Part shown: positions 52,605 through 64,000 of the stretch, in pieces | How the letters are laid out: each line of letters opens with the position of its first letter | How positions within the stretch are numbered: the stretch's first letter is position 1 | From: Octopus sinensis | Lineage: Eukaryota | Assembly: GCF_006345805.1 (NCBI RefSeq) | Contig: NC_043006.1 | Coordinates: 68,076,001-68,140,000 of the forward strand | Reading direction: 5' to 3' | Length of the DNA stretch: 64,000 bases | Notes under the pieces: model-generated | Databases searched by the model: none | The model's input: the letters and a program-made list of their open reading frames with translations, nothing else | What the model was told of the DNA's origin: nothing | Made by a program: the position numbers and the translations under genes

Positions 52605-54128
52605 TATATATATATATATATATATAAGTGAGGGGTGTGTGTGTGTGTAAACCTGCATAACTTCTGAAGTTCACAAGTGATTTTCTCCAAACAGTGAACT
52701 TACATTACTTATGTACCAGAGATGCTTTTAGACTCTTAAAAATTTTCATATATTGATTAACAAGCCCAGTGGGAGCAGAAAATACCTTTTCCTGAGTTAC
52801 ATGGAGAAGGGAGGTCATTCTTTGCAAAGTGACTTTCAGAAATTGATTGTCTCCATTAGTCAAAAACTTATCGGTTTCAATTGGCTGTGTGAAAGAGCAA
52901 TACTGACTCCAGTACTGTAAGTAAAACTAATGAGCAGTACCTTCCCAGCAGTCCTCACATCTATAAGTCAGTTGATACAATCCCAGATTCAGAAGGGGTG
53001 ATAAATTATCCTACAGAATTTCTCAATTCATTGGTGTCTCCAGGACTACTTCCTCACAGATTAGAATTTAAAGTGGGAACCCCAGTAATGTTATTGAGGA
53101 ATTTGGATCCTGGTCGTAAAGAAGTTGATGTCACATGTTATTGAGGTAAATATTATCTCTGGATGTGGAAAAAGTTTTCATACCCAGAATTCCTCTCATT
53201 CTATTGGGAGCAGAAATTCCATTTTCATTCAGAAGAGTGCAATCTCCTATTCATATCAGCTTCGCAATGGCTATCAATAAATCCCAGGGTCAAACACTGT
53301 TTGTGGTAGAACTTCAGTTGGTAGAGTCATGCTTCTCACATGAGCAATTAAATGTTGGCTACTCTAGAGTGGGAAGTAAAAAAAATCTATTCACATTTGT
53401 TCCACAATGGAAAACAAAGAATATTGTTTACCAAGAGGTTTTGTAGGATTTACTACATCCTACAATGCGCTGCCGTATCCACTGCTCTTTGTGAATGGTG
53501 AAGATGGATACCATTTTGGGATATTCTCCAATTACTCCCATCAACCAGCCTTATTTTTTCAAGTAATTCATTACTACAAATTCTCATGTCACTGTATAGG
53601 CTCAGTTTATGTTTCTTATTCTACAGCCATACCAGCAATCCAATGTCAACCCTTTGCCTTCTGCAACATTTCAACAGTTCTCTTCCCTGTTGCTATCTCC
53701 CATTGCAGCTCCTTTCTGGAATGTACCTATTTACGTACAATATCTCCATTAAACCTACAGCCCCTTTCTGGAATGGACCCATTTACGTACAATATCTTCA
53801 TTACACCTACATTTATTTGACTGTCAATCATACAATGGGTTATGTTAGACACAGCACTGACCACCGCAAAGAAGAGTATATCCACTGATAGCTTTTCAGT
53901 GCGTTCAAAAATCACATACACCCCACCCCAAATTTTCCATGACAGCTTAGGGCCTGGAATCCTCCAAACAGATGCATGACATATCACCTAGTTGAATTAG
54001 CCCATCATTTACTCCACCAATGTTTTGTTGTCAATGCTACACTTTCCCATATCACATTTCAACATAACTGTAATATATGCACAAACTATGCCATTTTAAT
54101 CCCAAGCAATGCTGGGTATCTCTGCTAG
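52605..54128 (+). mobile_element. Deleted/rearranged Helitron with helicase C-terminal fragment
   Basis: [30 protein letters not shown] (~52960-53110); FIPRIP...FAMAINKSQGQT...SRV...KNIVYQEVL* (to 53446); 3' hairpin CCCAAGCAATGCTGGG + CTAG at 54125-54128; 5' edge approximate. Confidence 0.85.
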
Positions 54129-54735
54129 TATAGTATAAATATTTAAATAACATCATTATCTTCTCAAATTCTGCTGCATTTCACATGAAGATTTTGGACC
54201 CTCAAAGCTGTCTTGCTGTATGTAAGTTGACCTACCATTTTGCGACTGTAAATTTTAATGTCAAAAACGTGACTCATATGCTGGAAAATGTGGTATCACA
54301 AACGTGTGTTCTACATGTAGTGTTTAAGCAGTAAGTTTTCCCTAAAGCTAGAAATCACAGGTTCATGTGGAATAATACATTTCAGCTGCTAACCTGAATA
54401 CAGTTGCTGACTTGTCTCTTTGGAAGTGTGTCATTACAAGGGGATGGGGTCTCTCTGAATTAAGTGGACCCTTTAGCATTTAAACTGGCCATATCCAGCC
54501 CAAATATTCTATCTGGTTATTGTCCAAACCAGCCATATCTGACCTCTCACACTTATGCTACATTGTCATTCTAAAAATAAGCAATTACAACATCAGAATT
54601 TCAAAGCTATGAGCTAGACATTTCAGTCCCACTGTGTGGCACCTTGGACAAGTGTCTTCTACTATAACCTTGGGCCGACCAAAGCCTTGTGAGTGGATTT
54701 GGTAGATGGAAACTGAAAGAAGTCCGTCATATATA

Positions 54736-54772
<37 letters not shown>

Positions 54773-55217
54773 GCGTGTGTGTGTGTGTATATATATATAT
54801 GTTTGTGTGTCTATGTTTGTCCCCTGGCATCGCTTGACAACTGATGCTGGTGTGTTTACGTCCCTGTAACTTAGTGGTTTGGCAAAAGAAGCTGATAGAA
54901 TAAGTCCTGGGGTCAATCTGCTCGAGTAAAGGCAATGCTTCAGCATGGCCACAATCACATGACTGAAACAAGTAAAAGAGAGTAATGCATGATTAATTCA
55001 AAACTGTGAATAAATAAGCATTACATTTGACAGAGTAATCTGAATGTTAAAGGGTTAAGTATAGTTTATGAAGAGATGGTTTAATTACATGTTTTTCTTC
55101 ATAAAAGATAACTATTTTCTTGATGGTCAGACCTACACTTCTAGGTAATTTAAGGTAATTATACAATAAAATAGAATGCAAACTCCTGAGTATCGTCCCA
55201 GTAGACATGTGATACAT

Positions 55218-55377
55218 CTGTGGTACCTGTGTTATATCAGTGGTACTTGGGTTATACCAGTGGTGCTTGAGTTATGTCAATAGTACCTTTGTTATGTCTG
55301 TGGTAATTGCTTTATGTCAGTAGAATTTGTAATACATCAGTGGTACCTAGGTTACATTATTGGCATTTGTATTATAT
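55218..55377. repeat. 20-bp minisatellite, ~8 degenerate units (CAGTGGTACCTGTGTTATAT-like)
   Basis: Units can be laid out at a 20-bp period. Confidence 0.8.
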
Positions 55378-55465
55378 TAGGTAGTGTTTAATTTAAAAGG
55401 AATAAATTCATTGAAATCATACAAAGAAAAATAAGACAATTGTAAACTTTCTCTATGAACCAGGT

Positions 55466-56668
<1,203 letters not shown>

Positions 56669-56844
56669 TCATATTTTTAACAATAAAAGTTATGGCAGGG
56701 CATCGTTTATATTATATATTAACAATTATAAATTAGGAACTCAGATTGAAGGAAGTGGCTGAATCATTTAAGCATTCAAAATGGACACTAATTTTATGTT
56801 TAATTGTGAGTTTTCGTAGTTTAATTAACCAAACTATCAGATTA

Positions 56845-57135
<291 letters not shown>

Positions 57136-57239
57136 TCAATTAACAAAAAATAAGAAAATAAGCTAAAAAGAGTGCTTCTATAGAGTTGAGTGAACTGCCA
57201 GAAATATCAGCCAAATCTCTCTCTAATGACACGTTACAA

Positions 57240-57590
57240 AGAAGGACCCATTGGTTAGCGTTGAGACATGTCTACAGAAAATGAGAGAGTAATGAAGGTG
57301 AGACTGGTAGGAGTTCACTAAGGCTCTGTACTTGGTCTCCTATTCATCATAGTCATCCAGACTGACTGCTCTTGGAAACAACTTATAGTGGAATCTGTAG
57401 AAGAACTAGAAAAGATATTCCAAATGTGGAATCAAAATCTGTAATCAAATGACCTTGAAGCTAACTTAGCAAAAAGCAAAGTTCTAGTAGGCAGGAAAAC
57501 AGATGTGACTTTTTAGTATTTTTTGGAAATGGTCCTGCTCAGAATATAGGAAAGATATTGATTGAAATTCCATTTGGTGAATTCAGAACG
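57240..57590 (+). mobile_element. RTE LINE RT fragment in tubulin intron 1
   Basis: Decayed VGVH.GS(V)L...LFIIV / ESVEELEKIFQMW / NLAKSKVLV / GKWSCS. Confidence 0.65.
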
Positions 57591-57750
57591 AATTATGAAC
57601 TCTAGGGATACTGTGGAATCAGAGAAAGTAGACTTTATTCATGATAGATGTGCCATAGCAATAAACACTATGAATTCGGGGGAAATGGTTTCTCTCTATT
57701 ACCCAAGACATTCCCAAGAGTTAATATAATTTCACTCTGAAATCACTTCA

Positions 57751-57892
57751 TGAAACTATTGTAATGATTATAACTTTCTATTATCTCAATGTTTGAAATT
57801 TTATAAAACCTGTACACCTGTTTATGCATCAGTGTGTATGTGTATATGTGTGTGCATGTGTGTGTGTGTGTGCATGTCTATACATACATACA
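57751..57892. repeat. Third, more diverged copy of the palindrome arm
   Basis: Aligns with ~58579-58760 in the same orientation. Confidence 0.85.
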
Positions 57893-58070
57893 ATTTACAA
57901 TTTGTGTAAATGTGAAATCCCAAAACATGAGTTAGTTTTACACCCACCATCAAATATGGACTTCTTGTTTTGAAGAGTTTTCAAAGATAATGTATTTTCA
58001 AGGAAAGTATACAACGTTAATGATATTATACAATTCATAAGAGAAGCATGCCAAGAACTGTGTATATACA

Positions 58071-58782
58071 TGTGTATATACAAATGTGTGTGTATGTATA
58101 AACATGCACATACATACACATGCACACACACACATACAGCACACATACAATGCACACACACACACACATGCACGTGCGCATACACATGCACTGATGCATA
58201 AACAGGTGTACAGGGTTTCTAAAAATTCAAACACTGAGATAACAGAAAGTTATAAACATTACAATAGTTTCATTAAGTTACAATAACGATGACATACTTA
58301 TCACAATTAGATAAAGAAAATATATAAATATTTGTGCTTTGAAAATGCAACCAAGGTAGTCTTCATTACTTAAATTATTGTCTTCCAATATTTACACATT
58401 CTTGTAGTCTAGTTTCTTCAAACAAAATACATTTCAGCACAGACTACAAGAATGTGTAAATATTGGACGACAATAATTTAAGTAATGAAGACTACTTTGG
58501 TTGCATTTTCAAAGCACAAATATTTATATATTTTCTTTATCTAATTGTGATAAGTATGTCATCGTTATTGTAACTTAATGAAACTATTGTAATGTTTATA
58601 ACTTTCTGTTATCTCAGTGTTTGAATTTTTAGAAACCCTGTACACCTGTTTATGCATCAGTGCATGTGTATGCGCACGTGCATGTGTGTGTGTGTGTGTG
58701 TGCATTGTATGTGTGCTGTGTGTGTGTGTGCATGTGTATGTATGTGCATGTCTATACATACACACACATTTGTATATACACA
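58071..58782. repeat. ~710-bp near-perfect palindrome (340-bp arms, 30-nt loop)
   Basis: Arms 58071-58410 and 58441-58782; loop 58411-58440; about 4 substitutions and a ~2-nt indel by eye. Confidence 0.95.
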
Positions 58783-61777
58783 TATATGCATATATATATA
58801 CATATACATATAAAAGGGATGGCTTGTAATTGGACATCCATTATGCTAGAAGAAGATCCACTATGGTCTAACCACTAAGAAAAGAATGTTCTCAAGAAAA
58901 TTCAGCAAACGCCAGAATATTCGATTTTTCACCCATATATATACATATGTATATGTATGTATCTGTATATGTATACACACACACACACACACATATATAT
59001 ATACACATACATATGGGCACAGGCATAGATGTGTGGTTAAGAAGTTTACATTGCAACCACTTGGTTTCAGGTTCAGTCCCACTGCATGCCACCGTGGGAA
59101 AATGTGTTTTACTACTGTTTTGACTAAACAATGTCTTGTAGCAATAAATTTTGTAAACAGAAACCATTTGGAAGCCTGTGACCTCTTTTAATCCTTCAAA
59201 ATGTATGATCCACTCTGTTTCATAAAATGATACCTTTTTTCGGAAAGTTATGAGGTAACAAAGCCAGCTTAAATGTATTTTCAGAAACTCCACTCCCCAC
59301 CTCCGAAAAAAAATTTATAACTAATTTCGATATAATCAGAATGTGCACGGTATGACGCATATTTTTAAAAAGAAAAAAATCTTTAAAATATTAATTTTTC
59401 TGGACGTTTTGTGGAAAGAAAGCCAGTGGGGTCGGGGAGATTAGCTTGTGTAGGTATGGCTATGTGTGTGTGTGTACACAAACCTTTGCAGTATGTAGTT
59501 ACCTCCCTTTACATTCAGGAATTCTTCCAAGTCAGTTTTACCTTTTCTCCCTCCACTAGTTAATAAAATGCATACCAGTTATGTACTGAGATTGAATTAA
59601 TCGACTATATTCTTCTTTCCAAGTCTCTGAGTAAACGAGATCACTCGGTTTTCTACAAATTAGTCCCTATCATATTAGGAAAGGATTCACCGGATGATGA
59701 CGAGATAGTCATAGGATGATTTTGATTATAGGGTTTAAAAAGTTTCTATTGGGTAAGATGTTAATATTTTGCACTGTGAAGAGGTTACTACCAACTGTAG
59801 CATAGCTAGGGAGACAGGGTGAGGGATCGTTCCGCCCCACGCAACGCTTTTATGGGAATCACACGTTTGGGTCTGCTGTACAAACCTGCAATAGATTTGT
59901 AGGCAATGGCGGGAACGGCAACCTCAAGAGCTGTCTCGGGTAGCACACATTCTAGCTATGTCACTGTGCATCAGAGGGGATGGATGGTAGAATTGGTAAA
60001 GGATCAGACAACATGTTTTGGTCAAACTTTCGGATTATTTTGAAACTTTTACTTGTTTCAGTCATTAGACTGCGGCCATGCTATGACACTGCATTGAAGA
60101 ACTTTAGTCGAACGAATCGAACCCAGTTCTAACATTTTTAAAGCCTGGTACTAATTCAATCGGCCATTTTTGCCAAACCACTAAGTTATGTGAATGTAAA
60201 GGCACAATACTGGTTGTCAAGTGGTGATGGGGACCATACACATGGGGAGGCGTGTTTCACTTTCAGTCCATCAAATCCACTCACAAAGTTTCGGTCGGCC
60301 CAAGGCTATAGCTCAAGATACTTGTCCAAGGTGTCACGCAGTGGGACTGAATCCTCATATTACATGGGGAGAAGAAAAAATAGTTTCTTTCTTAATTTTT
60401 TTAGTAACTACGAAAATTACAATTTTTTTAAAGTTTCAATTTTTAAAAAGTTTTTTATACTTTGTCATCCACCCTTGCTCTCCACAACCATTTCTTTTCT
60501 TCTGAGGTACGAGGCATCTAATCTGAAAACCCACCGTGTCTTGTGGTATTTAGTTACGACTCTTTATATTCTGGGGTTAAATTTCACCGATTTACACTTT
60601 AACTTTGTGAATCGATAAAATAAACACCAGTCATACACTCATGTCTATATAGTTGGGTATCGTCCTCTTTTGATCAACGAAGGAGTCCCTATGTCGTGGT
60701 TAATTGCTGAGTTAGCAAGGACGACAGTGTAAGCATACTGGAGTGATGCGCGAGACAAATGATTTTCTCTGATAATTACGTGACCAAACAGGGGTCTAAC
60801 AGGGGAAAATTAAGCGAGGAAGGCATGGTGTGGTGCATGAATGTGACAGTGTCAACGTGTATGTGTGTATGAACAATGTGTGCAGATGTGTGTGCAAAGC
60901 CATGTGCTGAGGAAAGGTGCATGCGTGTGTGTATGCAACAATACAAACATTTTCAAAGTGAACGAAAAAAAAGTACATGCAAAATGTGAATAATTATAAA
61001 GAACATTCAAAAAGATATGGCCATGAATTTAGCTGTTTTAGTGAAACGAATCGTCGCGGAATGTGTAGTGTTGCATAGATGTGAAGTGCATCGTAGATTG
61101 CATTGCAGTATAGTGCTTTCTGTTAGCAGGTCGATGGAGGGTGCCTCTTGGTGGTGACAAAGGTTGTCATTCTTTCTTTGATTTAGCGACTGTTGATATT
61201 CTAGTTCTTTAGTTCGAGTCGGCAAAAAAATGCGGCGGCATGTAGCATCGGAAGGTAGTAATTCTCTTTACACGGGTTTACCAATTGTAAGCGATGAAGT
61301 TTTATTTTTGTAGCGATGCCTGTTATGGTGCAACATTGGGGTGGGCCAAGGCTGCAATGCTCTTGTTCTGGGTCACCCGTTGTGACGATAAAAATTTGTT
61401 ATTATAACGGCATGTTGTAGGATGTGAAAGATGAACAATGCATGAAGTTTTAAGGAAATATTCATTTACCGTTACGTTACAATAATTTGCCTCGACGGGC
61501 AGGTTATGATAAATCCTAAAGCATGAGAAGTAAAGTTTGTGTTTGTGTCCTCTTCATTGTTTAGTAGCAATTACAGAGAGAAATAGAATGATGTTGTAAG
61601 AGAACAGAATTAGAGCTAATGGGAGTTGTGGAACCATTGTTCCACCGTGGGAAAAGTTCTGTTGCAGTGTTAATTCAAATTTGGCTATGGTGGATCGAAT
61701 CCACTTCATGCATGCAAGATCCGCTACATATATATATATATATATATATATATACTTTATTTAAAAGCAGCAGAAAT

Positions 61778-61834
61778 TTAACAAAAGCTGTTACTCGGAG
61801 TTTCGCGTTCCCTTTCGTCGGACAGTTTTGTTAA
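61778..61834 (-). ncRNA. Degenerate hammerhead-like motif in tubulin intron 1
   Basis: Stem I TTAACAAAACTGT/ACAG(C)TTTTGTTAA, core CCGACGA (U4C), weak stem II, GAAAC, stem III ACT-CCG-AGT, GTA triplet. Confidence 0.55.
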
Positions 61835-62333
61835 AAACAGTTTAACAAAACTGTCCGACGAACATCAAATCGACGTATCCTGACCAGGTGCACACTATAC
61901 AACGCATCAGGTGTCGAAGTTGCTAGCAGAACGCCGTAAAATGAAGTGTTTTGCTCAAGAACACGACGTACCACCCAGTCTAGGATCCGAAATCACGAAC
62001 TCGCGATCGTGAGTGCAACACCTTAACCACTAGGCCATGCGTCCTCACATACCTCATACCCATTCACACAGATATTCATTTTTAGACATACAATCAGATC
62101 AAGAAGCGTTTTTCACTGTTTCCTTGATGAAACAACTTGCAAGTTGCAAGTAAAATTTGAAATATATAGAATAATGGCGGTGCTCCAGCATGGCCACTGT
62201 CATTAGACTGAAACATATAAAAGAATAAGAGAATAACATGCCCTGATTAATTAAAAGGTGTCGAAGACTTCTTACAATTTTCTAAGGCGAAGTATACATG
62301 TACAACACATAAGCACGTGTGTGATTAAGCACG

Positions 62334-62560
<227 letters not shown>

Positions 62561-62611
62561 CTATTGTGGCCATCAGTGTATAAGAACATTTCATAATCTG
62601 GTCAATACAGT

Positions 62612-62646
<35 letters not shown>

Positions 62647-62774
62647 CTATGTATATAAGCATACGTTCTAGTAACTGATATCCGCAGACACCTATGAATT
62701 TGCAGATCCACTCAACCCTACGTAGCCATATTAACCAAACTATATATAATACAGCCCTGGTAAAACAGACTTAC

Positions 62775-62777
62775 CAT
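62775..62777 (-). CDS. TUBA: Alpha-tubulin exon 1 coding part (ATG only)
   Basis: caaatATG|gtaagt, A at -3, perfect donor; intron directly after ATG is the usual alpha-tubulin layout; gives MREC with exon 2; intron 1 = 57073-62774. Confidence 0.78.
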
Positions 62778-62948
62778 ATTTGCAGTTTAATTTACTTTAG
62801 TTGAAGGTTCTAGATAGTTTCTGCGACTTGTCTGGGTTGTTGCACACAGGTAAAAAAATACAGGTGGGTTGTTGCAAACAGGTAAAAAATACAGGTGGCG
62901 CACACGGATTGAATGTCACTGCTCAGTAGGACTTAAAGTGATCCGGCA

Positions 62949-63088
62949 TGAGTCAGTTATGGCAAGAATCGGCAAACATTAAGCTTTATTATATGGAAAC
63001 CAACACATCCACCTTACCCAAACCCCCACCGTCACAGGAGATGGTGGTGGTGGTGGTAACGGGGATGGGTGTGATTTGATTGACCAAT
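62949..63088 (-). promoter_or_regulatory. Putative alpha-tubulin core promoter
   Basis: TATA-like TATAATAAAG (62984-62993, minus), AP-1-like TGAGTCA (62949-62955), CCAAT (63084-63088); motif matches only. Confidence 0.4.
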
Positions 63089-63154
63089 GGATGATGGCAG
63101 CTAGACAACTACCCGCACTCCTGCGTCAATGTAGATATATGTAAATAACACTAT

Positions 63155-63197
<43 letters not shown>

Positions 63198-63395
63198 CAT
63201 GCATGCATGCATGTATGTATGTATGTATGTATGTGTGTGTGTGTGTGTGTGTGTATATGTATGTATGAGTGCATGCATGTATTTAATTATGTATGCATGT
63301 GTATGTATGTAACAACACACATACATAGATACGCGCGCGCTCACACACTCACACACACACACTCACACACACACACACACACTCACACACACATC
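63155..63395. repeat. (TG)n/(TATG)n/(CA)n microsatellite
   Basis: Direct reading. Confidence 0.93.
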
Positions 63396-64000
63396 TTAAT
63401 GTATGTATATATAATATGTACATAATTAATTTCATGTGTCCACATGCTTCTGGCCTTTGTCCATTAAGATCTCTCTGCATTTTCTATTTGAACTAAACAC
63501 GCACCTGTGCGTGCGTGCGTGCGTGTGTATGTAATGCCAGGGTAGACAAGTTATAACAAGTTGTCACCTGACAGTTGCAGAGCAACAGACACTTGTTGGT
63601 GTCCCTCCTTCATCCCTCTCTGTCCCTTCTACTCTAGGATTGTTGGCTCTCTGTTGGGGGTTACCTAGCAACAACAACAACAGCAACAGTTTGAACAGAG
63701 TTTTCCTACACAACACACTCCTTCGCATTCATATGCACGCAATGTTTGGTTAGCAACGAGATGTTTTGTATTAATGATTGGCGAAATAGCTTAAGCAAGT
63801 GGTTACATGTATCAACCATTGTTATAGATTCTCACTTAAACACACACGCATTTAGTGTACATAATAAGGGAGAGAGTTTAAGGGATGTAGAAGGAGGTGA
63901 GGAGTTCACGTGTGTGTGTACACCGGATTTGTGTGTTCTACACACACACACACACACACACACACTCTCTCTCTCTCTCTCTTGCTTTCTCTCTCTCACA

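Noticed and set aside
59300-62100. Apparently higher CpG content and unidentified GC-richer segments in tubulin intron 1
   Set aside because: Only a visual impression; needs a CpG observed/expected calculation, and no ORF or family could be recognised.

Overview
AT-rich, repeat-dense animal genomic DNA. The SINE and microsatellite content looks like an octopus or other coleoid cephalopod (inference, not a database result). Two genes converge tail-to-tail. (1) A plus-strand PH-RhoGAP gene of the ARHGAP9/12/15/27 family: 11 in-phase coding exons from 4146 to the stop at 43615, 5' end outside the window, plus a candidate internal first exon at 34767-34980. (2) A minus-strand alpha-tubulin gene: ATG-only exon 1 at 62775-62777, exon 2 at 56850-57072, exon 3 at 55466-56616; as written it reads through the usual EEY-stop. 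The rest is transposon debris (Helitrons, RTE LINEs, RLE-type LINE ends, a Penelope-like RT, a deleted mariner, hAT- and piggyBac-like MITEs, several tRNA-derived SINE families) and long microsatellites. The best non-annotated signals are: two complete minimal type-I hammerhead ribozyme motifs in an inverted repeat (51614-51964); a degenerate, hairpin-masked hammerhead on the tubulin sense strand in intron 1; a ~710-bp near-perfect palindrome in that same intron; the tubulin C-terminal extension; and the alternative RhoGAP first exon. Exon, TIR, TSD and ribozyme coordinates were counted by hand; edges of decayed repeats are approximate.
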